From Chrysemys picta bellii (lineage: Eukaryota), in NCBI RefSeq assembly GCF_011386835.1, contig NC_088791.1, positions 351,354,001-351,418,000 on the forward strand: a DNA stretch of 64,000 nt. Direction: 5' to 3'. Under the pieces are notes generated by a model. That model had not been told where the DNA came from. It was given only the letters and a program-made list of their open reading frames with translations, and made no database searches. The translations under genes were made by a program, and so were the position numbers. Positions 13,160-25,890 of the stretch are shown piece after piece (the first letter of the stretch is position 1; every line of letters starts with the position of its first letter).

Positions 13160-14620
13160 ACACACATGCTAACCCATCTCTTGACTGAATATTGATGAAG
13201 TTTGCAGATGACGTGAAAATTGGGGGATCACAAATAATGAAGAAGACAGGTCACTGATTCAGAGCAATCTGAATTGATTGGCAAACTGGGTTGAAGCAAC
13301 CAACATGTGTTGTAATATAGCCTTGTAAATATCTACATTTGTGTAGCGGGGTGGTCACCCTGCTCCGGCCCTGAAAGGGTAAAAGCAGCCCTGGGGAGGG
13401 TTGCAGCAAATTAAGAGGGATTAAGAACGGCTGGGGAAGCTGAGTGGGAGGCTGACCACAGCTGTGGCTGGCTGAATGAGGGCCCAGCTGGCCCTTATAA
13501 GAGAGCTGGGGGCAGAAGCTAAACAGAGATAATCTATCTCTCTGGATGTTGAGAAGGATGGGCCTGGCTGCTGGGAGCTGAGCAGGGTACCTAAAATGGA
13601 GCAGGGCTGGGGAAAGGCCAGAGGAGCTGGGGAGCTCTGGCCTGGAAAACCCCCAGGCTGCAGGCCTTGCTAAAGGCTGGGAATGGTACTGGGGTTGCAG
13701 AGGGGCAGCCCAAGGGTAGGCAGAGGCAGGAAACCCTCCTTGCCGATGATGAGTGGCATTTATACTGCAGTCAGCCCCAGTGAGCAGGGGCTAGATGGTG
13801 ACTGGCAGTAGCCAAGACTGAGGCAAGGTGGGGACAGGGGGTTGGGGGTTCCCCAGAGAGGTGAGACCCAGCGAGACTGCAGGGTACTGCACGGAGCGGA
13901 AACCCAATGTAAGGGGCACTGGGGTCTGGGAAGGATTCCGGGGCCAGTGGCAAGCAGTATCCCGGCCTGCAGAGAGTGCTCCTGAGTGGAAAGAGCTAAT
14001 TCCCTGGCTGACCATCAGGAGACGCCACGCTGGTGAGTCGTCGCCCTGCTACAATCTGGAAACAAAGAACGTAGGCAATGCTCACACGATGGAGGGGTAT
14101 CGTGGAAAGTGCAATGACTCTGAACTAGATTTGGGGCTTGAAGGGGTAATTAGCTAAACATGAGCTCCCAGTGTGACCTTGTGACCAAAAGAGCCTGCGA
14201 TGATAACCAGGGAAATCTGAAGGAGAGGTAGAGAAGTTATTTTAACTGTATATTTGGCACTGGTGTGACTGCTGCTGGAATCCTCTGTCCAGTTCTGGTG
14301 TCCACGATTAAAGATGGATGTTGATACACTGAAGAGGGTTCAGAGAATTATCACAAGAATTAGTTAAAGATTAGAAAGCCTGCCGTATACTGATAGACTC
14401 AAAGATCTCTGTCTGTGTAGTTTAGCAAAGATGGTGAAGGGGTGACTTGATGACAGTCTATAAGTACCTACACCAGGAATAGGCTTTATATAGGAATAGG
14501 CTAATAATAGGCTTTTCAGGCTAGCATACAGTGGTGTCATAGGATCCAATGGCTGGAAGTTGACGTTATAGAAATTCTGTCTGGAAATAAGACATACATT
14601 TTTAAATGGTAAGAATAATT
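13160..14620 (+). mobile_element. Ancient CR1/L3 remnant upstream of OR A (paralogs ~28530-29860 and ~55455-56155)
   Basis: MKFADDVKIG..NNEEDRSLIQSNL RT-like motif; heavily decayed. Confidence 0.65.
13342..14053. mobile_element. Solo LTR, 712 bp
   Basis: Termini TGTAGCGGGG...CCCTGCTACA; 5-bp TSD ATTTG/ATCTG; empty site near 55620 (tatctacatctggaaac). Confidence 0.8.
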
Positions 14621-15675
14621 AAACATTGGAACAATTTACCAAGGGTCTTGGCAGATCCTTCGTCATTGAGAATTTTTAAATCAAGGTTGGATGTTTCTCT
14701 AAAAGATCTGCTCTAGGAATTATTTTGGGGAAATTCTGAGGCCCGTGTTATACAAGCCTGTGTTATACAGACTAGATGATCACTATGATCCCATCTGGCC
14801 TTGGAATGCACTGGTCCAGTCCCGAGTCAGATGGAGGCGTTTTCCCTGCAAGCTCATGCCTGAACATACTGAAGGCATTTTTTCAATTCATGATGGTGTT
14901 GAATTTAGCCATATGTGGAGAAATTCTCATTTGACTGTGACACCTTGGAAATGTTACACTAGGTGTGTATTTCACAAGTCTGATGGGTCCCGTCAGGCAC
15001 TGCATGGATGAAGGTTTTAGGTGAAAAAAATAACGACTTGACCCATAAAATCGCACTGGGGAATGAATGTACAACCCTCGCCGTTGACTAACAGAGCTGA
15101 CTATGTAATGGTCCCAGAGCATCTGGGGTTTAATATCCGTGTCCCAGTGGCCCACTGTTTCAGGCATGTCCCAGAGTTCCCCGCTCTCATTATGTAGTGT
15201 GAATATTTCTCAGATTACGAGTTGTTCCTGTAAAACAGTCGTTGAAGCATCCCGTGATGTGTATGGGTGTAACAAGAGAAGCCGCACAGGTGCCTGCATG
15301 GAAATTTGACACTCGTGTGTGAAATTTCTCACCGTTGAGACACAGTCACTGATGACCCCCCAGCCAAGGGAGGAGGAGTGATGAGAGGCACCTCACCCTC
15401 TGCAGAAGAAGAGTTGTGGGGAGCGTGGGGCAGCTCAGAGTTATTGGGGGCCAGGGCTGACAGGGTAGCACAAGAAGACTCTTGTGACCAGCATGTTTTT
15501 GGAATCAGGGCAGACTGGGATGGGGAAGTAGACGACAGAGAGGGTGTCAGAGTATGATGGGAGATTGAAGCAGTTGAGGAGCAAAGTGTGAAGAGTTCCC
15601 CAGGGTGCCACCTGGAGCTGGGTGTCACTGAGTCCGCTGACTCACCAGCCTTGGATCCCTGTCTCAGTGTGCTGT

Positions 15676-17430
15676 TGTGACCCACTGCAGACCCGCTCCA
15701 GGTCCTACAACTCCATCAGCATTCACATAGTGAGGGACAAATCCAGGCTCCCTGACCAGCCACTGCATGAACCAGCAATGTAGAGGCTAAAGCCAAAATA
15801 ACCACTAGCTCTCTAGCCTAGGACCCCAGAGCTGGACCATCCTGCCATGGACCAAACTCCGACCAGTATGAATTAGTTACCCTGTTCGCCCCTCCCTGAA
15901 CATGGGGAGGACAATGCACACTTGTGGTAACCAAGCTGAGATCCCCCCCACCCCCAGCAGACACTTCACTTCAAGGCATACTGGGTTTAGATTAAAACAT
16001 AAAAACAAGTTTATTAAGTACAACAAATGGATTTAAAGTGATTATAAGGGATTGCAACCAGATCAAAGCAGATTACCTAGCAAATAAACAAAAACACAAA
16101 CTAAGCTTAGCACACTAGTTAAATTGACTATGATTTAGCAGTTTCTCACCCTGATTGATGATACACGCGGTCTGGAAAAGTCTCAAGGCACAAGCTGAAT
16201 TTGCTTTTAAGCGTGGGTTTCTCAGGTTTCCATACACAGGTTAGAAATCCTTTTAGTCTGGGTCCAGCACTTCTTCCAGTTCACTCTTTTTTCCTCAGTT
16301 GTTCCCAGGAATCTTCTGTGGGGAGTGAAGAACATCTGTTGATGTCACTCCCTGCCTTATATAGCTTTAGGATATGGCTGGGACCTTTTGTTTGAAATCT
16401 TGGTTTCCAGACCAGTTTGTGGGAAAAGTACAAACTCCCCAAGATGGAGGCCAGAGTTATGTGGCCTGGTCACACGCTTTTGTAGAGTCACAGCATCCAT
16501 TACTTATAGGTAAGGCTGCGAGTCTGTCACGGAAGTCACAGTAGTAATGGATTACATGACTTTTGGGACCTCTGTGACTTCTTCAGATAGCAGGGGTGAC
16601 TAACCAAGGGCCACCCGAGAAGCACTGGCAGACCTTGTGCCAACTGCACTACCCCCCACCCTGCAACAGTGGCGGTCCTGGGCCGCTGCTCGACAGCAGG
16701 GGTGATAGTCCTGGACTCCCCCACGCTAGCAGCAGTGTGGCAGTCACAGGCTGGCTGAGCCGCCAACCACCAGGTCGCTACACAGCAGTCCCAGGCCACC
16801 CCCGCTTGCAGCAGTACAGCGGTCCCGGACTGGCAGTGTTGCCCCCCACCAGGAGCATTGCAGCACTTCTGGGATATCCCCCACTAGCAGTGGCTGCTGT
16901 GGTCCTGGGCCATTTCCCCCTCCCCCCCCCGCCATCCTCCCAAGCACCAATGGGCATCCCAGAAGCCCCCTCCCAGCAGCAGAAGATGTCTTGGAGGCCC
17001 CACCTAGAACAAGCGGTCACCCTGAACCGCACCCAGCACCAGCGGGTACCCCAGATCCTCCCTCCAGAGCAGCAGCTGCACCCCCCAGACACCTCCAGAA
17101 CACCAAAAACTTAATCTGGGGTTTCATGTACAAGTCATGGACTGGTCACTGGGCTGTGAATATTGGTTTATTGCCCGTGAAATGTTCATGATTTTATTCT
17201 AAAAATGTCCATGACTAAATCTTATCCTTACTTATAGGCTGTCTGGAGAATTCTCAGGAAGGCTCAACAGGTGGGAGATAAGTGTTTCCTAAGGCCTATT
17301 GTTTTCCCTAATGGCTCATTGCCCTGACTAGGCCCTCCCCAACCAGCTATCTAGACCAAAAGCGGAACCCCCACGGACCCCAAGATCATATCATAATATC
17401 ACTATGAAGAATATGGGGTGCCATGTCACA
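15676..17430. mobile_element. LTR-like element (~1 kb net) interrupted by a hAT MITE
   Basis: TGTGAC...GTCACA termini; similar to ~6978-7990 and to the LTR-end fragments at 5430-5783 and 34600-35866; no TSD seen. Confidence 0.6.
16511..17230. mobile_element. Non-autonomous hAT (MITE), 720 bp
   Basis: Perfect 8-bp TSD CTTATAGG at 16503-16510 and 17231-17238; TAAGG...CCTTA ends; GC-rich interior. Confidence 0.85.
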
Positions 17431-18166
17431 TAAAGATCAATGGCTCTTTCCACTGGCAAAATGCCTGAAGTTACATAACAGCATTTGGATTGAAAACTGA
17501 GTAAAGGTTGTGACACCCAGGCTGCAGTTCTGTGATTTGGCAGGGCAGGTCCCCACCCCACCCCATACAACTTCCATCCCTGCCACACAGCGATACCCAT
17601 CACTCAGGTGCCAGACCCCACAGCAACAGCTCACAGAAATACCTCCTCAGACGAGGTTAAACTCAGTGTCTTCCTGCACTGGGGAAAAGGGGAGATCAGC
17701 CTGAGTTGCCTTTCTGGGGGTGAAGGGAACCCCAGCAACAGCTCAGCCTGTGCAGGGAAGGAGAGAGGGACAGACCCAGTGGGAAGGAGAGAGGACGTGA
17801 AGATTAAAAGGAGCCAGAGTGAGCAACTCTTTCTCAAAATGACACAAAGCTTTGACATATTGCAGCCCACTGGAAACCCAGACACGCCTTCCTGAGGCTG
17901 CTTTGACGTGTTCGCAATTGCTGATGTTGCCAGGAGTCTGTAGTGGGGCTGCTCACGGGAGGAGGGATGGTCCGGATGGCAGACGGTGTCAGAGACAATC
18001 TGTTACAGTGTGGCCCACATTCCATTCCAGTCTGAGAAACACCCCCGCCCCATACCAGTCCTCGTTAGGCCTCTTTCGTCTGTGCATTAGGCAGGATGTC
18101 CTCTCCATATTTCACTCAGTTTCAGCACAACATGCCTCCTGCCCCTCCACATACACATACTGTGTG

Positions 18167-18386
18167 CAGGGCCTGCTCCAGGGTTTTGGACACCCCAAGC
18201 AGCCCCCCCCCCCAAAAAAAAGCCACGATCGCGATCTGGGGCGGCAATTCGGCGGGAGGTCCTTTGCTCCCAGCGGGAGTGAGGGACCGTCCGCTGAATT
18301 GCCGCCGAATACCTGGACGTGCCGTCCCTCTCCGAGCGGACGCCCCAAGCACCTGCTTGCCAGGCTGGTGCCTGGAGCCGGCCCTG
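18167..18386. mobile_element. Non-autonomous hAT (MITE), 220 bp, with internal hairpin
   Basis: TIR CAGGGCCTGCTCCA / TGGAGCCGGCCCTG; perfect 8-bp TSD ACTGTGTG. Confidence 0.9.
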
Positions 18387-18565
18387 ACTGTGTGTTCCTG
18401 GACCTCCCAAGCTCAGATTTCCAACCTCACATGATTTCGTCAATGCCAGATATATGCTTTTATTTGCATTGCCTTTTAGTGCTTCTCAACCACTCCAGAA
18501 CCCAAGATACCGGGGGATAGAAAGAGCAGACTTCTCTCCCTCCTAGACAAAAAATATTATTCTAA

Positions 18566-18862
18566 GGGCATGTCTTCACTACCCGCCAGATCGGCGGTAG
18601 CAATCGATCTATTGGGGATCGACTTATCATGTCTAGTGAAGACGCGATAAAATTGATCCCCGATGGCTCTGCCATCGACTCCGGAAATCCACCGCGGCAA
18701 GAGGTGGAAGCGGAGTTGACGGTGGCATGGCAGCGGTCAACTTGCTGCCGTCCTCACAGTCAGGTAAGTCGACCTAAAATATGCAACTTCAACTACGCTA
18801 TTCATGTAGCTGAAGTTGCGTATCTTAGGTCGACTTCCCTCCCCCGTAGTGTAGACCTAGCC
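18566..18862. mobile_element. PIF/Harbinger MITE, 297 bp
   Basis: Imperfect TIR GGGCATGTCTTCACTAC / GTAGTGTAGACCTAGCC; 3-bp TAA TSD. Confidence 0.82.
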
Positions 18863-19689
18863 TAAGAGTTCTGAATCACTAAGCCTGTGAGATTAAGATT
18901 TCACCAACTCTCCTTTCAATTCATTTTGGTTCAAACAAGCTCACCCATTGTTAAAGGTCACAGGACAACTCCAGTTGAAGTCACTGGAGGCTCATGGCCA
19001 GTGTAAATCAGGCCATTTATTTCAGTCCCTACATGTGGATTTAGGGTGAACTCAAGGCTGATTTCAGAGCCTTGCCATTGACTTCAATGGGACCAGATTC
19101 ACCCTACATTTTTAACTTTTGGCTACAAACTGCAAAAATCATGGGTTCGGGTCCTGCTACAGAGAACACGGTTCTGTTAGGGTGCTGAAAGAGTCTGAAG
19201 TAAACCGCCAATTTATGTGGTGTTCCAAGACTGGGTATGAAAGACGGGGATTCCAAAACACGTGGGCCCTGATTTTGCTATCAAGGAGGCTAATTTCGAT
19301 CCAGAGTGACCCACTGAAGGCAGAATGTGCGAGTAGAACCTGGCCAGAGTGTGACCCATTCTTGTTGTGAACCCTCTGGTAACACAGATACCCACTGCAG
19401 AGACTTTGGCTGCACTTCCTAATAGGGCAGTGAAGTCGCTGAATTGGAAAAATGGAGGGACCCATAGGGAAAAACCACACTGCCCAAAAAAGGAAGCTAT
19501 TGAGGCAGATAGAAGGACACAGTAAGAGACAAGGAAGTGATTTTAAAAACAAATATTTGGCTAAACTATTTCCAGCACATTTGTACTTTCAATTTTACCA
19601 GGAAATCCCTTGGTATTTCTAACAATACTAAACAGTTCAAGTCATCGTGCTGCGGAATTTCTCCCCAGATGGTGCTTGACTTTTACCCT

Positions 19690-19784
19690 TTACTTTTACA
19701 TGCGTCTGATGAAGTGGGCATTCACCCACGAAAGCTTATGCTCCAATACATCTGTTAGTCTTAAAGGTGTCACAGGACTCTCTA
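19690..19784 (+). mobile_element. PLE tail-only mini-element with hammerhead motif
   Basis: PLE tail sequence; imperfect 13-bp TSD TGACTTTTACCCT / TGACTCTTATCCT; absent from the paralog near 30630. Confidence 0.75.
19702..19741 (+). ncRNA. Minimal type I hammerhead ribozyme motif, canonical core
   Basis: GCGU-CUGAUGA-A-GUGGG(CAUUCA)CCCAC-GAAA-GCUU-AUGC. Confidence 0.72.
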
Positions 19785-20259
19785 TGACTCTTATCCTGGA
19801 ATCCTTCTTGAGCCCTTGCCACTAACTTCAGTGCACAAACAGGCAACTCACCAAAATGCTGCTCAGCAGAGAGAAGAAATCTCCTCACAGCGACAGGAAG
19901 GCAGAGCCCTAAGGGTCAAGGTACGAATCTCACATGTCTGACACTCTCCATGCTGGGCAGCAACCTTTATGAATCCCCTGTACACTCCCTGCAGTCTCTC
20001 AGATTGGCCAGGACTCCCAGACAATTCCCTTGGCTCTGTGAGCAGTGGGATTAGCAGAAAATAGACCCTGGAGAACTACAGCTTGAGAGCCTCCCCTGGG
20101 AGTGAAGAAATTTTTTGCTAATACCAGGGCTCAAGATTGTCAGGAAAACTGAGTCTTGCACACTGTTGTTCAGCCTAACAATTGACAATGTCTTTTCTCT
20201 GTGTGTAAAGTACTGCCAACTGCTCTACATGTGGCTATACTGGCACAAGATACGGGAAT

Positions 20260-22860
20260 GATTCGTCATAATGCCAGCTCTGTTCTTGCAAGCGGGGGCC
20301 CTCCAGACCACAAGGCTAGGGGTCCCTGGCTTGCTGTCCTTCAGTGTCTGAATAACAAAACAACTCCCCCCTCTGTCCTACCCTCTACGCTCTGAGGCAA
20401 ACAACCCACTGTGTATTTATTTCAAAATAAACTCATCTCTAAGCAAATTTTTCTCATTTTCCCACCAATAAAAAATGGTGGCCACCTACTAATTGTAACC
20501 ATTGTCTATGAACTCTGTGCACGGCAGGGCCGCACTGTCTCACTAGCTATGGTCTCAGCCAATGGTCCACGGGCACAGTTCTCTTACTCTACAATGGGGC
20601 CACGTATGCGGAAGAAGGGCAAGCACGGTTGTGTTCTCCAGTCCTGGTACCCATTGTCCAGAAGGTCTCAGACTGACACCAGCTAGGACTGATTCCTGGT
20701 GAGGGACCCTCTGCCGGCAGGGTAGGGAGATGGGGGTGGGGCAGTAAGCTGGCTATCAAATCTAGATATAAATTTGTAGTCGTTACTACATACTGAAGCT
20801 ATATGAAAGAAAAAGCTCAAACTCCATGTGGGATAGAGTCTAGTAATGTTTGCGTGTCACTTTTGAGCATTTGAGATTTTGCCCTTCCTGCACAGAAATG
20901 GTTATTGCGAGACTTCTGCCGGAGACAAATGGTTGGGGGTGACTGTGAGCCGAGATCCTCTTGGTAGCTTTCCTATTTGGAATTGTAGGAAAACTTTACT
21001 TATACACCAACGATTTATCTGCAACTCAGCCTAACAAGGGCCCTGGATTGCAATTAGTTTTTTTCATTCTGCCCGAGGAGATCAAAGTCTGGGCAAAAAA
21101 AATATCTAATCTCTACTTCGGCCCAATTTAGTGGAGTACATGGGGAAACAAAAAAACTTCCAATGCCTCTGTGTAGAGTGACTCCCAACCCAGAAACCAC
21201 CTCAAGTACAAAACCCTGAATGCTTTAATAATGTGTGTGGGGGGGGGAACCTACCTCAGTCATTGCTTTCCCAGAGCAGTCAGCGTGACCCATCTAATCC
21301 CTCCCACCTCTGCCTGTCTCTTTAGGGGGCTGGCGAGCTTACCAGACTGTGTGCTCTCCTTCAGTATCTCTATAAATGTCTTCTTTTAAGTGGGGTGACA
21401 AGACGGGTGGCTCCCAGTTTGGTGCTGTACATGGGCATGGAGGGAGGGCTGGCGCATAGACTGCACCATGGGTGATGTACCACCATGCCACAGATGTATG
21501 GTGTTCACAGAAGCCATCAGTGTGTTAACCCCATCATGGTCCATGCTGGCCACCATCTCATGGACTCAGTAGTGGGATTCCAAGTGCCCTGAGTCGAGCT
21601 CATACTGGAGACTGAAGCAAATGGGCTGCTGAGGTGATTTGTCCTGGGACATGCAGTGACCAAGAAACCCTGCCATGGGATTCTGACCCTCAGTGCACTA
21701 TGGCCTGAATACGATGTAAAGGGGGTGGTGTTTGGCACCAAGGGAGATAAGGGGTGTAAAGATCAGGGCCGTTTGTGGTGCGGGAGATGGCATCTCGCCA
21801 AAATGGTTCCCATCACCGTGGGGCTCCATTCCCACCACAGCCAGGGGGCCTGCTGGGCTGAGGTGGCCGCTGTGGTGTGGAGAACTTGTGATGGGGAATT
21901 GGCTTCTCTCAGTATTCTGGGCCATTGAAAACAGCTCACTCCAGCTTCTCTACAGCCATGGTAAGCCATGACTCAGGATGCCTGTATCTGCTTGAGTCAG
22001 GGCAGCCAGCGGTGTAGCCATATTTTCCAGGCCAGGCTTGCAGTGGGTGCTGGCACTCAAACGCACAGCCAATCAGTGCCCTACAGCTCCACGAGGCACC
22101 AGATGGCGGTGAGAGACGGCTCTGGGCCAGGGAATGCAGCAGGGTGTCCTGGGGGGGTTGTCTACGTAGCCAACCAGGAAGTTTCCCAGTGTCACTGAGG
22201 TGGGGGAGGTGTCCCCTCAAGAACTGACCTGCCCTGGATCATTGCCCAGTGCAGGGGTTAGGTGGGCCTTTGATGATCCAATAAGATCTCTTGTGTCTCC
22301 TCAGTGACACTTCTCCAATTCCTGAGTAGGGGGTGCATGTGGTCGTAATGCAGGGGCCGTTTCCCAGGGCTGGATGTGACCCAGCCACTGAGGCCAGCTG
22401 ACTCAGCAGACACCAGTCCCAGAGGCCGTGTGGAGTCATGGCTGACAATTGCTGTAGCTTCTACAACTCCCTGGGCTGTGGGGCTTCCAGCCCTTCTGGC
22501 ATCCAGATAGTCCTTCCCCAGCTTCCACAGTGGCAGCACAGTCAGTATTGATCCCTCTACCACAGGTCTTCCCCCTCGGATGATACACACTTGGTCTGTG
22601 TACCCTTAAACCCCTCCACCCCGGCTCTTGCCATCTCTGTTTCCCAGGCAGTCTTTCTATGCAGCACTTCTGTTGGCTTCCCTTCATAGATCAACCGCTC
22701 CCCAAGGTCTGTTCTGCTTGCACAGACTGAGTCACTGCCCAGCTGCTTTCCCAATTTCTGAGCAAAGAGCTTGGCCTAGTCTCTGCAGACTGCTACTGGG
22801 GCAGCTCACCCAGGTTTTCGGTTTCTCTTCTTCACTACTGACTGAGCCTGGGACATGGCT
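20260..22860 (-). mobile_element. Ancient retroelement-derived segment, class unresolved (DIRS gag-like and/or L1/Tx1-like)
   Basis: Only weak motif matches by eye (QTLLDSIPHGV, ALEPWAETI, WCL.HGAV). Repeated at ~2000-4590, 32160-34070, 37015-37960 (inverted) and 51230-53100 (inverted). Confidence 0.35.
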
Positions 22861-24342
22861 GGCACCAGAGCCCTGGGCTGTCCATTCCATCACCTCCCTT
22901 AAAGGTCAGCTCTGCCTTGACAGAGTGCAGATCACACCGGGCTGTGATCAGAAAGCACCCAAGTTGGTTCCGGGGTAGCTGTGGCTGACTTTGCCCAGAC
23001 ACACACTTTCCCAAGGCAGCTGCTATCTGTGAGGGTCTGATGTCATTTCATTGTTGGATGATGTAGGAGAAACTTCCCTCAGCTCAGCTCCACTGTAGCT
23101 GCCAGTAGGAGGTCTGCTCTCCTCCCTGCTCTGCCACAAAATGAGCTGCTCCCCTGTATTTTTGCCTTCCTTAAGCACTTCTCTTCACACTTGATTTCTC
23201 TGCCCCATTTTCCTGATCATTTACTTGTTGAATGTTTGGCTTCTTGGACCACATTTTCAAATGTAGCTAAAAGTTCAGTGGCTGTGGAAAATAATACTGC
23301 TACTTTGTATAGATCTGTGTCTCTGGGTTGTAGCAGTTTTGAAAAAAGCATTTACCATTTCCAGAAACTTTTTTTGGAGCACAATGAGAAATACAAAACC
23401 AAACTTTCCCATTAATTTTTTTAATGCTGAAGGCTTGTAAACGTCATCAGCCCTTTTACTCAGGGGAATAATTTCTGTGGGTGCCTTCATTATGTCTAAA
23501 TTCTGAATCTGAGAGGAAGGAGTGATTCATCCTGGTTGTTGATCAACGGTGTAGTCAATTCCTTGACCAAGCTTTCATTTGTTATGAAATACGTTCAAGA
23601 GGGCAAATGATCAATGTCAAGTTTATTGCTCTAACCCATTAATAAAATAATACAGGGAAAATATTGTATATGATATCAGTCTCTGGGAAGCCATCTCATG
23701 CAGTGATGTTACATTCACCTTATGCAGCAAGTGTGTTCCCCAAAGTTACACATTTCAGCTTTCATCATTTATATGAAGATGTCACAAGTTACACATCTTG
23801 TTACGTGTCACTAAAATCCAACCCAGGAGTTTGTCCCAGGTCCCTAATGTAAGTTAGGAACTATTGTGGGGAACTTTCCTGGCTTCTGCACTACCCCAGG
23901 GGTATTGGCTAGAGAAGGGACTGAGTCCCCACTCCCTTTACCCGGAGACCTGCCTCATCTGAAGGACTCCCCTTCCACAATCCTGTATGGAAATGGTGAC
24001 ACAGCTGGGCCCAGGATTCCTGGCAAGCTGAAGACCCATTCTCATCATAGTCACTTAGGACAGGGGCTAGAGTGAACTCACTCCGGGGTACTCACTGGAT
24101 GCTTTCCTAACCCACTGATCACTACACTAAGTTCAACCCAAATGTAATTTATTAAACAGCAATTTAAAAAAAAATGAAAAACTGACAAATGTTCAAGGAA
24201 ACAAGGAACTTCGCTCTGTGGGCATGGGGAACAAAACAAACAGCCATCTCTGGGATGTAAGACACTTTTCCAGTTCGTTCTTCACACAACCCAGGCCTCC
24301 TGCCCAGGCCCTGGCTCTAAGCTGTGATTATACCACAGGTAA

Positions 24343-24480
24343 GGGGGGAAGAACAAAGTGGTTTGAGTATTGGCCTGCTAAAGCCAGGGTTGTGAATTCA
24401 ATCCTTGAGGGGGCCATTTAGGGATCAGCAAGTTGGACTAAATAACCTCATGAGGTCCCTTCAAACCCTGATATTCTATG
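24343..24480 (+). mobile_element. tRNA-derived SINE with CR1-type tail (turtle Pol III SINE type)
   Basis: Pol III box-like head agtggtttgagtattggcctgctaaa..gtgaattcaatcc, followed by a CR1-like 3' tail. Confidence 0.75.
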
Positions 24481-24729
24481 AAGTAAGGCATCTGCTCTGT
24501 CAGTGGCCACATACCCTCAGGCTCTAGGAAGTAGGACCCAAATATAATTTATTAAATAATAATTTGAAAAACCGAGAAACGTTCAAGGAACCAAGGAACC
24601 TCGCTCTGTGGGCATGGGAAAAACCACAGACAGCCATCTCTGGGATGTAAGAAATGTTTCCAGTTTGTTCTTCACATATTTCAGGCCTCCTGCAAAGGCC
24701 CTGTCTCTAAGCTGTGATGATTCTTTTCC

Positions 24730-25890
24730 AGAAACAAAAAACAGAGAATGACAGTATTAAATATAACACAAAAGAAGCCGAAAACATATGTAGTCTAAAA
24801 ACAATAATGGCATTATCATGTTATTTATTTCTAATGGCATTCGATGACGGAAGCCAATGTCCATATTTTGAATTTAATTAGGGTGTTTCTGTTAGTCTCT
24901 AAAAGGCAACATTTCATACTCACTGTCTTCATTGGGAGAAGAATGCTTCTGCTGCTGCTCATATATATCAACAATCATTCCTCTCATTAGCACAAATTCT
25001 TCACAACAGATTTTCGTAGTTTTATATTGACCCTAATAAGATATTTTCTAAAAGTTTCTCTAGTGTCTTGTTGCAGTTTTGTTTTTATCAAGTTCATCTG
25101 AAAAAAATAATCATTAAACTGAAGTGTTGCTAAAAGGTAGCAACAGTAATGAAAGAGCAAACAAGCGAAGTTCACTAAAGTCTTTGTCCTCAGCCGAATC
25201 TGTGTGTTCGAGAACTTCAACCCCAAACTGCTCAACTTGGTTTTCCTGAGCATGAGGCCAGAGAACCATAGGCAAAACTCTCCATTGCTGCTCCAACTGT
25301 CCAAAGTCTCCACAAACCAATGGCAAAAATGAGATATCAGCCAATCTAGGTTATGTCAAGGTGAGCGCAGTAGAAGGACTTAGTACTGCAAGCAATTCAA
25401 TCACCTCAACATTTGGTGGAAATCTCTGTTTCATCTCTTTCAAAAATGTCAACATGGAATCTCAATGTCTACTTTTGACATCTTTGACAATGTGAAGAGT
25501 TAGAGTCAGTTCTGAAAGTTCTTACTGAAAAGCGACTGTGCAAAGTGGTCAATAATTTCACTCAACGGTTATTGTTATAGTTTAATACAGCAGTCCCCTT
25601 CTCAAAATACGAGGTTTCACAATTCTCACCAACAAGCTCTAGAATAATGTCCTCAATTCCTGCAGCAGATTTCCTGTATTATCATTTTCCAACTGTAACA
25701 TTTGGTTTATCCTACAGGCTTCCTGAATTACTGGATATAGCAAAATTAGGTAAATTTTACTCACTGGATCACTGCACATATGAAAAAGAAGTTCAGGATT
25801 GTAGTTTCTTTCTTTTTTTTTTGGCTATCTGAAAACATAGCTTTTGTTCGCCAAACTGATCAAGAACCCTGTTCACACAGAGACTAATGC
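24730..25890 (-). mobile_element. Decayed hAT transposase remnant 3' of OR copy B
   Basis: Paralog of 9250-10410 (FALSLLLLPFSN, QMNLIKTKL). Confidence 0.75.

Noticed and set aside
16596-17114. 172-aa Pro/Gln-rich ORF
   Set aside because: It lies entirely inside the 720-bp MITE.
17852-18520. 222-aa ORF as a novel gene
   Set aside because: It runs through a TSD-flanked hAT MITE, has no recognisable domain, and is a GC-rich chance frame.
19157-19552. ORF apparently conserved with 46520-46792 (GICVTRGFTTRMGHTLARF)
   Set aside because: The similarity reflects recent segmental duplication; starts and stops differ and the third copy (~30080-30400) breaks the frame.
24343-24480. tRNA gene (also 56176-56365)
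   Set aside because: A tRNA-like head fused to a CR1 tail is a SINE; no complete cloverleaf.
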